Sequence record: OR067834.1
From: Escherichia phage KKP 3715
Length of the DNA stretch: 64,000 bases
Direction: 5' to 3' (one strand)
Part shown: positions 1 to 10,883 of the stretch, piece by piece
Position numbering within the stretch: the stretch's first letter is position 1
How the letters are laid out: each line of letters begins with the position of its first letter
Program-made: the position numbers and the translations under genes
The notes under the pieces: generated by a model
Databases searched by the model: none
Told to the model about the DNA's origin: nothing
Seen by the model: only the letters and a program-made list of their open reading frames with translations

Positions 1-1185
1 TCTGGTAATGGTCAGTTGATGACCCTCAGTAATTGTGTTCGAGCAAAAGTTGAAGGTACTCATTTCACTAAATCACCGAATGATGGTATTCGTTTAGTTG
101 GCTGTTCCTACTCTAGTGTTCTGGATGTACATGCTTACAATAACTTGAGTGTTGGTGTACAAGACAGGGATGGGTTATCTAACTTAATTCATGGTTGCTA
201 CTGCAATTACAATGGCGATACAGGTACAGTTAGTAATACTGGTGGGCGTGGTATTCTTCTTTGGAGAACCAAGAAGTCACTGGTATCTGATTGTTACACC
301 TATAACAATACGGAGTACGGTTTCCGTAACTATTCTCAGACTGGTGATGCTAGTGCATCATATCAAAACGTTGTGACTAATCTCCGTTCCGGGGACAACC
401 TTAAAATTGATGTCTATTCTTATAATGAAGAAGGCAGCATGGCTGAGATTGTATTTAGTAACTGTACTGTACGCAGAACAACGCAGCCTCAGGGTACTTG
501 TGTATCTATTCAGGGTAAAAATACTAATTACATTGGGGGCACTATTAAGAAAGAGGGTGACCGTCTTACTGTACCAGTGTTTTCTATTTATCAGACGACT
601 CGTGCTTCTGTACGAAATGTCACTATTGATAACGCTGGTCAACTTATTAGTTTGTCTTCTGATGTGGCTACTCAGTTGTCAGGGTTAGTAGCTGAATGCT
701 CTACCATTAGTAATGGGGGCAATGCTACTTACACAAACTGTTACTTTACCCATGGTGGTTCTGGTACTACAGATATTGGTATTGATGCAGGTACTGTGTC
801 TACCCCAGTCATTCAAGCTTGCACCTTTGATGGGTTTTATCGTTGTGTATCGTGGACAGCACAGAAAATGGTATTGGTTAATAACGTTAGTATTAATACT
901 ACTGATGTATCCCTTCGTATGTTTGGGGATGGTATTGCTAACTATTGGGCATCTGGTAACTGCTGGGATAAAGAAGGTAATCCGGATGTTATTAGTAATT
1001 TTACCAAACAAGGTGGACCAACTGCTAAACCAGTTATTTATGTTAACAACGCAGCACCTACTACTCTTACGTGGCCTGTAGGTGCTATTGCAATTAACAA
1101 GACACCTGTGGTTGGGCAACCTAAAGATTGGCGTTGTACTGTAGCGGGAACCCCCGGTACATGGGTTTCTGGTGGTAATCTGTAA
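1..1185 (+). CDS. tailspike / tail fibre-like protein, 5'-partial (frame open to window start)
   Basis: Frame is open from nt 1, so the gene likely starts upstream of the window. Repetitive Gly/Asn/Thr/Ser-rich segments typical of beta-helix receptor-binding proteins; sits in the late module and is followed by a second such gene. Confidence 0.4.
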   Translation, partial: SGNGQLMTLSNCVRAKVEGTHFTKSPNDGIRLVGCSYSSVLDVHAYNNLSVGVQDRDGLSNLIHGCYCNYNGDTGTVSNTGGRGILLWRTKKSLVSDCYTYNNTEYGFRNYSQTGDASASYQNVVTNLRSGDNLKIDVYSYNEEGSMAEIVFSNCTVRRTTQPQGTCVSIQGKNTNYIGGTIKKEGDRLTVPVFSIYQTTRASVRNVTIDNAGQLISLSSDVATQLSGLVAECSTISNGGNATYTNCYFTHGGSGTTDIGIDAGTVSTPVIQACTFDGFYRCVSWTAQKMVLVNNVSINTTDVSLRMFGDGIANYWASGNCWDKEGNPDVISNFTKQGGPTAKPVIYVNNAAPTTLTWPVGAIAINKTPVVGQPKDWRCTVAGTPGTWVSGGNL

Positions 1186-1235
1186 TACTTAGCCCCTCTT
1201 TGGAGGGGCATTACTTAGAATAAAACGAGGTATAT

Positions 1236-3224
1236 ATGAAAGACATGTTTGCTCAAGGTGGTTCTGGTTCTGCTGGAATCAAGACCAATAAACAAGCAAT
1301 TGCTCGTGCTTGTAACGTTAAAGTAAGTGAAGTCATTTATAGCAATGACACCATCACTACTCTTGATGGTAAAAAGGTTATCTATGATAAACCTAATCAG
1401 TATATCTGGGGCTTACCTTCTGGTATCCCATCTGGGGCTACCGTTGTAACTGTGACTGGGGCTACTCTGGTTTATAACCCTGGCAATATCTCAGTTACAT
1501 TGGAATTAGTTCCTAATTCTTCTGTTAACCAATTAAAACAAGATTTACTATCTTCAAACGGTTTTTCTTTAGTTGGTGGAATTAGGGGTATTGTTAAAAC
1601 CTCTGAAGTAGCTAACTTAGAAGATGCTATTACGTTAGCATTAGAAAATGATGCTGATGTTCTAGTAGATAATATTCAGAACATTACAGTACCAATCCGT
1701 AAATCCTTGAATGGAAAAGATATTAAAATAATTTCTACACCTAGTGGTTGGATTAACTTTACCCCAACGGATGCTAACACTTACTATCAGGTTCTGACTT
1801 TTGACGGAACTGGGGTGGAAAGCGTAACCACTAAAGTGAAGATAGATGGTGGTAAAGTTCGCGGCGTAGGTCGGGCTGTTGTAGGGATTACGGTAAATAA
1901 CGTTTACGCACATTATGAAAGCTCAGAGATGAGGAACATCAGCGCATGTGTAAACACAGTTACCGCCCAGATTCACCTGTGTTATGGGGCTAAATATTAT
2001 AACGTATTTCAACAACTTGCTTCTCAAGACTGGAGTGCTGGAGTGTATGGCTATGGTACTGTACCAATTGATTGTGAAACTGTATTAGTAGAAGCCAATA
2101 CATTTGGTTTGTCCGGTCAACCATTAGACCGTCATGCAGTTTATTGTTCTAGTCAAGCTGATGGAACAGGTGTAGTTCGTAATGCATTTGTCTGTAATAA
2201 CACAGCAGTAATGCGTGACTACACCACGGAAACAGCAGAGACAACAAGTGAACGCTGCTTTAAATTCATTGGTACAAACCGGGTACATCTTCACCATAAT
2301 ACATTACGTGGGGGATATGGGTTCTGTCTGATAACACTTCATAAATTCCAAACCATGGAAAACATCCGCATCGATAACAATAGAGCAAGAACTTACGCAA
2401 GCGGAATTATTATCGCAGGACAGAACGAAGCCTCGGCAGAACCTGATGCAACATGGTACGTTGATGAATTACAGATGGCTAATAACCATTTCCGTATGAG
2501 AGCTACGGTAGCTGGAACAAGTAATGGGGCTGAGTGGCGCAACACGTATCGTGTTAGTGACGTTGGCAGTTCGTATGTAAACGAGGCATTTGCAACGGTG
2601 AATGCGTTAACTGTTTACTACCCAAAAACAGACCGCATACGAACTGAGAGTTTCCGTTCCGAATCTTGCTACTATCAAGGGTTCCAAAATATCACCCGAG
2701 AAATGGCCCCCACTTACACCTATATAGATATTACATGCCGTAATGCTGTTAACACTCAGAATCCCCTGAATGCATCCGGCGCTACTGTCCAGAATGTAAA
2801 AGTACGGAGTCTTGATAACACGGCGATGTGGAAGGATTACACGGCTACCGCAATTGTAGGGTTCTCATACTACGACCCTAGCTTTCTTAAATTCATAAGA
2901 TGTGCAGGAGCTGGATTGTGGGAAGATGAAGATGGGTATCCAGTAGTTGGATTATCTACTGGCAGGCCCACTAGACTTCGTGAAGGTCTTAAATTCTACC
3001 AAACAGATTTAGCCACAATGATTACTTGGACCGGTTCTAACTGGGTTCTCCAGTCAGCAGGATATACTGGGATAATTAAATCAGGAACAACTCCACAAAT
3101 AAACTCTGTGAACAAGGCATTACTTGGTTATGGACATGTTATATATAACACCGACACCAAAAAACCGGCTTTCTTTGATCAATTAGCTCAGTCATGGAAG
3201 TACGCAGACGGTAGCGCAATGTAA
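1236..3224 (+). CDS. tailspike / tail fibre protein (beta-helix-like, possible depolymerase)
   Basis: 662 aa; ATG with GAGGT RBS about 6 nt upstream; beta-helix-like repeat composition; followed by an intrinsic terminator. Confidence 0.45.
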   Translation: MKDMFAQGGSGSAGIKTNKQAIARACNVKVSEVIYSNDTITTLDGKKVIYDKPNQYIWGLPSGIPSGATVVTVTGATLVYNPGNISVTLELVPNSSVNQLKQDLLSSNGFSLVGGIRGIVKTSEVANLEDAITLALENDADVLVDNIQNITVPIRKSLNGKDIKIISTPSGWINFTPTDANTYYQVLTFDGTGVESVTTKVKIDGGKVRGVGRAVVGITVNNVYAHYESSEMRNISACVNTVTAQIHLCYGAKYYNVFQQLASQDWSAGVYGYGTVPIDCETVLVEANTFGLSGQPLDRHAVYCSSQADGTGVVRNAFVCNNTAVMRDYTTETAETTSERCFKFIGTNRVHLHHNTLRGGYGFCLITLHKFQTMENIRIDNNRARTYASGIIIAGQNEASAEPDATWYVDELQMANNHFRMRATVAGTSNGAEWRNTYRVSDVGSSYVNEAFATVNALTVYYPKTDRIRTESFRSESCYYQGFQNITREMAPTYTYIDITCRNAVNTQNPLNASGATVQNVKVRSLDNTAMWKDYTATAIVGFSYYDPSFLKFIRCAGAGLWEDEDGYPVVGLSTGRPTRLREGLKFYQTDLATMITWTGSNWVLQSAGYTGIIKSGTTPQINSVNKALLGYGHVIYNTDTKKPAFFDQLAQSWKYADGSAM

Positions 3225-3230
3225 AACTAA

Positions 3231-3255
3231 CCCCGCTCAGGCGGGGTTTTTTGTT
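3231..3255 (+). terminator. Rho-independent terminator after tail fibre genes
   Basis: Hairpin ccccgc-tcag-gcgggg followed by tttttt. Confidence 0.6.
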
Positions 3256-3324
3256 GTGCCACAAACAAATCATTGGGTAGACTGTTTCAGTCAATTACGA
3301 CTTAACCAACCTGAGAAAGTCCCT

Positions 3325-3657
3325 ATGGGAAATGAACCAGATAACGTAACTCTAGCCAGACTCGAAGAGAGACTGAGAAACATTTTCGAAAACCAAACCC
3401 GTGAATCGAGGGAAAGGGAGAAAATGGAAGAGTCTATTAAAAAGCTAAGTGAGTCTATGGGCGACCTTAGTACCCGACTTAAACGGGTAGAAGAGAGCAT
3501 CACTAAGTCTGAACCTACCATCGAAGAGTTCATCACTATTAAACATAAGGTTGCTGGTGCTGGAATTTTTGGTAAGTGGGTGTGGGCTGGAGCAGGTGCA
3601 ATCATTGGTGTATTGGCTGCTGCAAGACGGGAGATATTCGCATGGTTTGCAGGCTAA
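3325..3657 (+). CDS. small membrane protein (holin/antiholin-like), N-terminal coiled coil and C-terminal glycine-zipper TMD
   Basis: ATG at 3325 with gagaaag RBS; the track start at 3256 is a GTG inside the terminator and was moved. C-terminus AGAGIFGKWVWAGAGAIIGVLAAA is hydrophobic; sits immediately upstream of the endolysin. Confidence 0.35.
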   Translation: MGNEPDNVTLARLEERLRNIFENQTRESREREKMEESIKKLSESMGDLSTRLKRVEESITKSEPTIEEFITIKHKVAGAGIFGKWVWAGAGAIIGVLAAARREIFAWFAG

Positions 3658-3902
3658 AAAGAAAGATAGGACTAGTACCTAACTGGAAGAAGTCCTGGAA
3701 GTGGGCATCTGTTCAGATTAGCACGTTTGGATTAATTCTGTTTTCCGTCGTAGATATTATCCAACCAATGCTAACAGGGCTACCTCGCCACATCCTGGAA
3801 GATATTCCACATGGTTCCAGCATTACAATCGCACTATTTGCCTTAAACATTGTAGGCAGACTAATACGATTCCATCCAAAGGAAGATTCTCATGAAAGCT
3901 AA
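3642..3902 (+). CDS. putative holin / pinholin (two predicted TMDs)
   Basis: 86 aa from the in-frame ATG at 3642; two hydrophobic helices (ISTFGLILFSVVDIIQPML, ITIALFALNIVGRLI); overlaps both neighbours as lysis genes often do. Confidence 0.4.
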   Translation: MVCRLKRKIGLVPNWKKSWKWASVQISTFGLILFSVVDIIQPMLTGLPRHILEDIPHGSSITIALFALNIVGRLIRFHPKEDSHES

Positions 3903-4527
3903 ACAGAAACTTGCTGCAAAAGGTGGTGCAGTGGGAGGAGTTGTCGCTGCTATTCTGGGGGCAGTGTTCTATATGGAAGGGGGGTACGTAAACAATCCTC
4001 GTGACCCAGGTGGGGAAACTAATCATGGTATTACTCAATCAGTAGCTAAGTCTCACAAAGAAGTTCTGGCTACTGAGTATGGTTGGGATGGTTCCATGAA
4101 GGGTTTATCTAAAGAGATGGCTGCTGAGATATACATAGATGACTACGTACTTAAGCCTAACTTCGTAGCTTTCGCTGATATATCTCCTGCTGTAACACAC
4201 AAACTGGTTGATGCTGGTGTTAACACAGGTGTAACCAGACCAGCTAAGTGGTTGCAGCAATCTCTTAATGAAATGTCCCGTGATGGCAAAGACTACCCTA
4301 AAATACAAGTTGATGGTAAAGTCGGTGCAGGTACTGTTAATGCATATAAAGCATTACAGAAAAAACGAGGCAAAGTTGCAGCATGTCAGGTAATGATTAA
4401 GTTACTTGATGCTAAACAACTGAACCACTACACCTCATTGAACATGCCAGACTTTACGTATGGTTGGGTAGCTAACCGAATTGGTAATGTACCACTGGAG
4501 GCATGTAATGAAGATGCTAATCTCTAA
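3892..4527 (+). CDS. signal-anchor-release (SAR) endolysin, GH108-type N-acetylmuramidase with peptidoglycan-binding C-terminus
   Basis: Motif EGGYVNNPRDPGGETNHGIT matches the GH108 signature EGGY..DPGG.T..GIT; N-terminal hydrophobic Gly/Ala-rich stretch KGGAVGGVVAAILGAVF consistent with a SAR domain. Confidence 0.75.
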   Translation: MKAKQKLAAKGGAVGGVVAAILGAVFYMEGGYVNNPRDPGGETNHGITQSVAKSHKEVLATEYGWDGSMKGLSKEMAAEIYIDDYVLKPNFVAFADISPAVTHKLVDAGVNTGVTRPAKWLQQSLNEMSRDGKDYPKIQVDGKVGAGTVNAYKALQKKRGKVAACQVMIKLLDAKQLNHYTSLNMPDFTYGWVANRIGNVPLEACNEDANL

Positions 4528-5008
4528 AGGTTGGCCTTATCTTCTGGTGGTGGTCCTCGGGGCCACCATTTACTTTTGGGGCAATTCCAATGGGCAGTCT
4601 ACTGTTCAAAAGAGGTGGGATGCCCAAAAGGTTGAAGACCTGAAGGCAACACAAAAACTACAGGACAAATACAATGCTCTCCAAAGAAACCATAGTTATG
4701 AAGTCGGGTTACTTACTTCCCGGTTGCAGACGGCTGAGAGTAATTACGCAAGCGAGCTTGCTCGCGTTAGCAGTGATTACGACAGCCGGATGCAACAGTC
4801 TGAAAGACGAGCATCGGTATATAAACGTCAAGCCGAAACCGGAACCCTTGAGTGCAGAAGTCTTGCAAGCCATGCAGCCAGACTCGACAACAGTCTTGAA
4901 GAAGGCAGACGTTTGGTTGAAGAACTCCGGGCAACTGTTAGACTCCGTGACAACCAACTAATTGAGTTGGGTAAGCAAATTCAGGCTGACCGTAAACTTT
5001 TTGAATAG
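4508..5008 (+). CDS. i-spanin (Rz-like)
   Basis: N-terminal TMD ([16 protein letters not shown]) then a long charged helical periplasmic domain; overlaps the endolysin stop; contains an embedded +1-frame lipoprotein ORF. Confidence 0.6.
   Translation: MKMLISKGWPYLLVVVLGATIYFWGNSNGQSTVQKRWDAQKVEDLKATQKLQDKYNALQRNHSYEVGLLTSRLQTAESNYASELARVSSDYDSRMQQSERRASVYKRQAETGTLECRSLASHAARLDNSLEEGRRLVEELRATVRLRDNQLIELGKQIQADRKLFE
4698..4961 (+). CDS. o-spanin (Rz1-like lipoprotein) embedded in the i-spanin gene
   Basis: MKSGYLLPG...LAVITTAGC: signal peptide ending in a lipobox-like TAGC, then a short Pro-containing periplasmic tail; lies entirely inside 4508-5008 in another frame. Confidence 0.55.
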   Translation: MKSGYLLPGCRRLRVITQASLLALAVITTAGCNSLKDEHRYINVKPKPEPLSAEVLQAMQPDSTTVLKKADVWLKNSGQLLDSVTTN

Positions 5009-5016
5009 GATTAACT

Positions 5017-7287
5017 ATGGAACACCAAGACACTTTTAAGCCTTTACCAGACCCGGCTCAATCAGAGAAGTTAACGGACTGGAAGAAGGAACCAAGTATC
5101 CAATTACTGAAGGGTGATTTGGAATCAGCTAAACCGGCTCACGATGCGATTATGGCACAGATTCGTGAGTGGAATGACCTGATGGAAGTCAAGGGTAAAG
5201 CTAAACCCCCAAAGGTTAAGGGACGCTCACAAGTCCAACCCAGACTGGTTCGCCGTCAGGCAGAGTGGCGATATGCTCCATTGTCTGAGCCGTTCCTCTC
5301 ATCTAATAAACTCTTTAAAGTAACTCCGGTTACCTTTGAAGATGAGTTAGCTGCACGTCAGAATGAATTAGTTCTTAACTACCAATTCCGTACCCAGCTT
5401 AATAAAGTAAAACTGGTAGATGATTACGTACACAGTGTCGTAGATGACGGTACTGGTATTGCTCGTATTGGTTGGGAACGTAAGACTGTTAAGATTAAAA
5501 CAGAAACTCCTGTATTTCAGTTGTATCCAATTGAGAACCAGGAACAGGCCGATGTTCTCCAGCAGGCTTTACAGCTTCAGGCAGAGAATCCTCGTGAGTA
5601 TGATGAAACAATGCCGGAAGATATTAAGGAAGCTGTTAACTACTTCAATGAAACTGGGGAAGCTACCTATGCAATCCAGACTGGGGTTACTGAAGTAGAA
5701 GTAGAGAAGGCACTGGTTAACAGACCTACTGTTGAAATGCTTAACCCTAATAACGTAGTTATTGACCCAAGCTGTAATGGTGATTTGGATAAGGCTCTTT
5801 ATGCAGTTATCTCGTTCGAGACATGCAAAGCAGACCTCATGAAGAACAAAGACCGTTACCACAATTTAGATAAGATTGACTGGGAAAGCTCCAGCCCTAT
5901 GACTGACCCAGACCATGAGAGTAAAACCCCTAGTGACTTCCAGTTTAAGGATGCACTTCGTAAGAAAGTTGTTGCTTATGAATACTGGGGATTTTACGAC
6001 ATTAATGATGACGGTTCTCTGGAACCCATTGTTGCTACCTGGATTGGTTCTACCCTTATTCGTATGGAGAAGAACCCATTCCCGGATGGTAAATTACCTT
6101 TAGTAGTTGTTCCTTACATGCCACGTAAACGAGAACTATTCGGTGAAGCTGATGCTGAACTGTTAGGAGATAACCAAGCAATTCTTGGTGCAACTATGCG
6201 TGGGATGATTGACCTGTTAGGTCGAAGTGCAAACGGTCAACGTGGCTATCCTAAAGGGATGTTGGATACACTGAACCGTCGTCGGTATGACGATGGGCAA
6301 GACTATGAATATAACCCAATGCAGGGCAATCCTAGTCAGGCCATTATGGAACATAAGTTCCCTGAGTTACCACAGTCGGCAATAATAATGACCCAGATGC
6401 AAAACCAGGAAGCAGAATCCCTAACTGGTGTTAAAGCATTCTCTGGTGGTGTAACTGGTTCAGCTTATGGAGATGTGGCTGCTGGTATTCGTGGTGCACT
6501 TGATGCAGCATCCAAACGTGAGATGGCAATCCTTCGTCGATTAGCTAAGGGTATGGCAGACATTGGTACTAAGATTTGTGCAATGAATGCCGTGTTCTTA
6601 TCAGAGAAGGAAGTAGTACGTATTACTAACGAGCAGTATGTAGAGATTAACCGTGAAGACCTTAAAGGTAACTTCGATATTGAGGTTGATATTAATACTG
6701 CCGAAATTGATAACCAGAAGTCTCAGGATTTGAGTTTCATGGTTCAAACATTGGGTAATACGGTTGACCAGACTATTACGTTATCTCTTGTAGCTAAGAT
6801 TGCAGAACTTAAACGTATGCCTGACCTGGCTCATGAGTTACGTACTTGGCAACCACAGCCAGACCCTATGGAAGAGCAGCTTAAGCAATTGGCGATTCAG
6901 AAAGCACAGCTTGAGAATGAAGAGTTACAAAGTAAGATTGCACTCAATATGGCTAAGGCTAAAGAGGCTGCTTCTAGTGGTGACCTTAAAGACCTGGATT
7001 ATCTGGAACAGGAATCTGGTACTAAACATGCCCGTGATATGGAAAAACAAAAAGCACAATCTCAAGGAAACCAGAACCTTCAGATAACTAAGGCATTGAC
7101 AACACCTATTAAAGAAGGGGAAACTACCCCCAACATATCTGCAGCTGTTGGATATAATACTTTGACTAACGGGAACTCTATACCAGAACGTGATTTAGCT
7201 GCTCAACAAGACCCGGCTTATTCACTCAGTTCCCAATACTATGACCCTAGCCAAGACCCAGCATCGGCTCTTGGCATGAACCTGTAA
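5017..7287 (+). CDS. portal protein
   Basis: 756 aa; AGGA RBS; size and position (three genes upstream of the capsid gene) match the N4 portal as recalled; acidic C-terminal tail. Confidence 0.55.
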   Translation: MEHQDTFKPLPDPAQSEKLTDWKKEPSIQLLKGDLESAKPAHDAIMAQIREWNDLMEVKGKAKPPKVKGRSQVQPRLVRRQAEWRYAPLSEPFLSSNKLFKVTPVTFEDELAARQNELVLNYQFRTQLNKVKLVDDYVHSVVDDGTGIARIGWERKTVKIKTETPVFQLYPIENQEQADVLQQALQLQAENPREYDETMPEDIKEAVNYFNETGEATYAIQTGVTEVEVEKALVNRPTVEMLNPNNVVIDPSCNGDLDKALYAVISFETCKADLMKNKDRYHNLDKIDWESSSPMTDPDHESKTPSDFQFKDALRKKVVAYEYWGFYDINDDGSLEPIVATWIGSTLIRMEKNPFPDGKLPLVVVPYMPRKRELFGEADAELLGDNQAILGATMRGMIDLLGRSANGQRGYPKGMLDTLNRRRYDDGQDYEYNPMQGNPSQAIMEHKFPELPQSAIIMTQMQNQEAESLTGVKAFSGGVTGSAYGDVAAGIRGALDAASKREMAILRRLAKGMADIGTKICAMNAVFLSEKEVVRITNEQYVEINREDLKGNFDIEVDINTAEIDNQKSQDLSFMVQTLGNTVDQTITLSLVAKIAELKRMPDLAHELRTWQPQPDPMEEQLKQLAIQKAQLENEELQSKIALNMAKAKEAASSGDLKDLDYLEQESGTKHARDMEKQKAQSQGNQNLQITKALTTPIKEGETTPNISAAVGYNTLTNGNSIPERDLAAQQDPAYSLSSQYYDPSQDPASALGMNL

Positions 7288-7300
7288 GGCAGACCTTCAC

Positions 7301-7645
7301 ATGAGTAAAGAATCAACAATCGCTGGACTGGAACATCGACTGGAAGCTGCTAAAGGTGCAGTTGCACATGCAGAAGATGTACGTAAACTTCTGGAGAATC
7401 CACTGTTCCGTAAAGTAATCCTTCGCCAGTTCTGTACGGAAGATTGTGCACGTTACGTGCAAGAGTCTGGTGACCCACTGCTTGAAGCTAATAACCGTGC
7501 AGATGCATTGAACATGGCTCAAGCTGCTGGTCACTTACGTCGTTGGCTTGACCTCGCTATTCGTATGGGCGAAAACGAAGCTGACGTTATTCTACAGGTA
7601 GAAGAAGAACTCGACGCAGTTCGTGCTGAACCTGAAGACGAATAA
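7301..7645 (+). CDS. hypothetical protein (head module)
   Basis: 114 aa ORF packed between portal and putative scaffold. Confidence 0.45.
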   Translation: MSKESTIAGLEHRLEAAKGAVAHAEDVRKLLENPLFRKVILRQFCTEDCARYVQESGDPLLEANNRADALNMAQAAGHLRRWLDLAIRMGENEADVILQVEEELDAVRAEPEDE

Positions 7646-7664
7646 TTAACCGGAGATATTTCCT

Positions 7665-8885
7665 ATGACTACGGAAGCTGCAACCACAGCTTCCGACATT
7701 CTCGCAATGTCGGATGATGAGATTCTGAATATGGAAGCCCCAGCAATTATCGCTGAGGAAGATACTTCCACTCAGAACAACCCAGAAACCAACGGCGTAC
7801 AGACTCCTGATGAAGAAGTTGACACCCCTGCTGTTGAAGACCTACCAACCGAAGAAACCTCCCCTGAAGCCAAACCAGATGAAGAAGATTCAGCAAATCC
7901 TTTAACTTCTGATAAAGTTGATGATAAAGTTGTTGACACAGAAGTTGATAGTAACGGCGAGCCGATTACTAAAGCTGAACCTTCTACTACTGAACCAGGC
8001 CAGGAACAGAAAGAAGAAGGCAAACAGTCTGAAGGTCTGCCTGCTGACTTCAACTATAAGGAAAGTTACGAAAAGTTGATGGCTCCTTTTAAAGCTAACG
8101 GCAAAGTGATTACTCCCCGTTCACCGGAGGAGGCCATTAGCCTGATGCAGATGGGTGCTAACTATACTCGTAAGATGCAAGAACTAAAGCCTTACCGTAA
8201 GGTAATGCTGATGTTACAGAACAACGGTTTAATGGATGAGGATAAACTTTCTTTCCTGATTGACCTGGATAAAAAGAATCCTGAAGCCATTAAGAAGTTG
8301 CTCAAAGACTCTGGTACAGATCCCCTGGACTTTAATCCAGATGAGGAAATTAACTACCAGGGTGGCAATCACCGTGTTACCGACACCGAAGCAGATTTTG
8401 CAACCGAAATTGACGACTTAAAGTCTACTCAAGAAGGACAAGCTACATTAGGTGTTATCGGCTCGACATGGGATGCTGCCAGTAAAGATGCTCTTTACCA
8501 GAATCGTGGCCTACTCCAGACTATTCATGAACAACGTGAGAATGGTATTTATGACACCATTGCAAACGAAGTGAACCGTCTTCAGATGTTAGGCCAGATT
8601 CCGGTAGGTACTCCGTTTATTCAGGCTTATAACCACGTCGGTAACCTCCTTGCACAGCAAGGGGCATTTAACCGAGTGACTAAGCCTGAACCGGTACAAG
8701 CAGTTAAACCAGTAGTTCAGCCGGTAGTGCGTGTAGCACAACCTAAGCAGACTCTGGCTAACAGTGAGCAAGCTAAAGCAGCTTCCCTTAATCGGGCTGC
8801 TACACGTAAAGCTACACCTATTGTAAACCCACTCGCTATGAGTGATGAAGATTTCGCTAAACTCCCAGTACCGGGTAGTCTTTAA
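7665..8885 (+). CDS. putative scaffolding / head assembly protein
   Basis: 406 aa with a highly acidic, low-complexity N-terminal third (D/E/T/P-rich) and helical remainder; directly upstream of the capsid gene. Confidence 0.35.
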   Translation: MTTEAATTASDILAMSDDEILNMEAPAIIAEEDTSTQNNPETNGVQTPDEEVDTPAVEDLPTEETSPEAKPDEEDSANPLTSDKVDDKVVDTEVDSNGEPITKAEPSTTEPGQEQKEEGKQSEGLPADFNYKESYEKLMAPFKANGKVITPRSPEEAISLMQMGANYTRKMQELKPYRKVMLMLQNNGLMDEDKLSFLIDLDKKNPEAIKKLLKDSGTDPLDFNPDEEINYQGGNHRVTDTEADFATEIDDLKSTQEGQATLGVIGSTWDAASKDALYQNRGLLQTIHEQRENGIYDTIANEVNRLQMLGQIPVGTPFIQAYNHVGNLLAQQGAFNRVTKPEPVQAVKPVVQPVVRVAQPKQTLANSEQAKAASLNRAATRKATPIVNPLAMSDEDFAKLPVPGSL

Positions 8886-8901
8886 ACAGGAATAAGATGA
8901 T

Positions 8902-10104
8902 ATGTTAAACTATAACGCCCCAATTGACGGCCAGAAATCTAGCATTGATGGTGCTGGTTCCGACCAGATGAATACCTATTACTGGCTGAAGAAAGCTATT
9001 ATTCAGTCCCGTAAAGACCAGTACTTCATGCCACTGGCTAACACCATTAACATGCCGAAGAACTACGGTAAAACTGTTAAGGTGTATGAGTACGTTCCAC
9101 TGCTTGATGATAAGAATATTAACGATCAGGGTATTGATGCTAATGGTGCTACCATCGTTAATGGTAACCTGTATGGTTCTTCCCGAGACGTTGGTAACAT
9201 CACTTCTAAACTGCCTCTGCTGACAGAGAACGGTGGTCGTGTTAACCGTGTAGGCTTTACTCGTCTGTCTCGTGAAGGTTCCATCCATAAGTTCGGTTTC
9301 TTCTACGAATTTACTCAAGAGTCTCTGGACTTTGATTCTGATGACCAACTGAAAGAACACCTGTCTCGTGAACTGATGAACGGTGCTGTACAGTTGACTG
9401 AAGCTGTTCTCCAGAAAGACCTGTTGGCTGCTGCCGGTACTGTACTGTATGCAGGTGCTGCTACTTCTGATGCTACCATCACTGGTGAAGGTTCTACCCC
9501 GTCCGTAGTTTCTTATAAGAACCTGATGCGTCTTGACCAGATTCTTACTGAGAACCGTACTCCGACCCAGACTACTATCATCACTGGTTCTAAACTCACT
9601 GACACCAAAGTACTTGGTGGTACTCGTGTAATGTACGTTGGTTCTGAACTGGTTCCTGAGCTGAAAGCGATGAAAGACCTGTTCGGTAACAAAGCATTCA
9701 TCGAGGTTCAGCACTATGCTGATGCTGGTACTCTGATGAATGGTGAGATTGGTTGTATCGACAAGTTCCGTATTATCCAGGTTCCTGAGATGCTGCATTG
9801 GGCAGGTGCTGGTGCTCAGGTTACTACTAACCCAGGTTATCGTTCTTCTATGGTTAGTGGTCAGGAACACTACGACGTATTCCCGATGCTGGTAGTTGGT
9901 GATGACTCCTTCTCTACCATTGGCTTCCAGACTGATGGTAAGTCTGTTAAGTTCTCCATCATGACTAAGATGCCTGGTCGAGAAACTGCTGACCGTAATG
10001 ACCCGTATGGTGAGACTGGTTTCAGTTCCATCAAGTGGTACTACGGTATCCTGGTTAAACGTCCAGAACGTCTGGCTCTGATTAAGACTGTTGCTCCTCT
10101 GTAA
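8902..10104 (+). CDS. major capsid protein
   Basis: 400 aa (N4 major coat protein is about 400 aa as recalled); strong AGGA RBS; highly biased codon usage producing a long spurious antisense ORF; followed by hairpins/terminator. Confidence 0.65.
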   Translation: MLNYNAPIDGQKSSIDGAGSDQMNTYYWLKKAIIQSRKDQYFMPLANTINMPKNYGKTVKVYEYVPLLDDKNINDQGIDANGATIVNGNLYGSSRDVGNITSKLPLLTENGGRVNRVGFTRLSREGSIHKFGFFYEFTQESLDFDSDDQLKEHLSRELMNGAVQLTEAVLQKDLLAAAGTVLYAGAATSDATITGEGSTPSVVSYKNLMRLDQILTENRTPTQTTIITGSKLTDTKVLGGTRVMYVGSELVPELKAMKDLFGNKAFIEVQHYADAGTLMNGEIGCIDKFRIIQVPEMLHWAGAGAQVTTNPGYRSSMVSGQEHYDVFPMLVVGDDSFSTIGFQTDGKSVKFSIMTKMPGRETADRNDPYGETGFSSIKWYYGILVKRPERLALIKTVAPL

Positions 10105-10171
10105 TAGTCCTAAATAAAACAAGGGGGACTTATGTCCCCCTCTTAATAAAACTAGTTGAACCACAGGAAAT

Positions 10172-10813
10172 ATGAACATGAGCATTAACGATAAACCGAC
10201 CACTGACGTAGAACTGGACGTACAGGGCAACGAAGATACCGTTAACGATATTGCAATGCCTAGCGAACTTGAAGTTCTTAAGCAACGTGCAACGTTGATG
10301 AATATTAAGTTCTCTAACAACATCTCCGTTGAGAAGCTCCGTGAGAAGATTGAAGCTGCACAAGCAAAAGATGAACCAGAAGTAAAAGAATCAGCAGTTA
10401 ATCCTTTGGGTGAAAAACAGGAAGCTGGTGTTAAGAAAATGACCCTGGGTCAGAAGATTCGTGCAGAACAGACTCGACTGATTCGTGTACGTATCCAGAA
10501 CCTAGACCCTAAGAAGAAAGACCTGCCGGGTGAGATTATCACCGTAGCTAACGAATATATGGGTACTGTACGTAAGTTTGTTCCATTCGGTGAAGTCACC
10601 GACAATGGTTATCATATTCCGTACTGTATCTATGAGTTCCTTAAAGAGCGTAAGTTCATCAACATTACGACTCGTAAAGGTAAGAATGGCTTACCGGATA
10701 TCCGTGCAACAGAGGCACGTGAGTTCTCCATTGAAGTATTGCCTCCGCTGACTGAAGCAGAATTGACTCAACTGGCTCAAGCACAGATTGCTGCTGGTAG
10801 CCTGAACGATTAA
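10172..10813 (+). CDS. hypothetical virion-module protein
   Basis: 213 aa; AGGAAA RBS; followed by an intrinsic terminator. Confidence 0.45.
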   Translation: MNMSINDKPTTDVELDVQGNEDTVNDIAMPSELEVLKQRATLMNIKFSNNISVEKLREKIEAAQAKDEPEVKESAVNPLGEKQEAGVKKMTLGQKIRAEQTRLIRVRIQNLDPKKKDLPGEIITVANEYMGTVRKFVPFGEVTDNGYHIPYCIYEFLKERKFINITTRKGKNGLPDIRATEAREFSIEVLPPLTEAELTQLAQAQIAAGSLND

Positions 10814-10833
10814 CGTATAAGCTACAGTTCAAC

Positions 10834-10872
10834 ACGGCTCACTGGGGTAACTCCGTGGGCCGTTTCTTTTTG
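10834..10872 (+). terminator. Rho-independent terminator
   Basis: acggctcac...gtgggccgt stem (one mismatch) followed by ttctttttg. Confidence 0.5.
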
Positions 10873-10883
10873 AACCAAGAGGA

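Noticed and set aside
3256-3324. GTG start at 3256 for the first lysis-cassette ORF
   Set aside because: The GTG lies inside the upstream terminator hairpin and has no RBS; the in-frame ATG at 3325 with a gagaaag RBS is the more plausible start.
8905-10323. 472-codon ORF on the - strand opposite the major capsid gene
   Set aside because: Lies antisense to a gene with strong RBS and highly biased codon usage, which depletes stop codons in the complementary frame. Its product is low-complexity (S/T/L/V-rich) and it has no start context.
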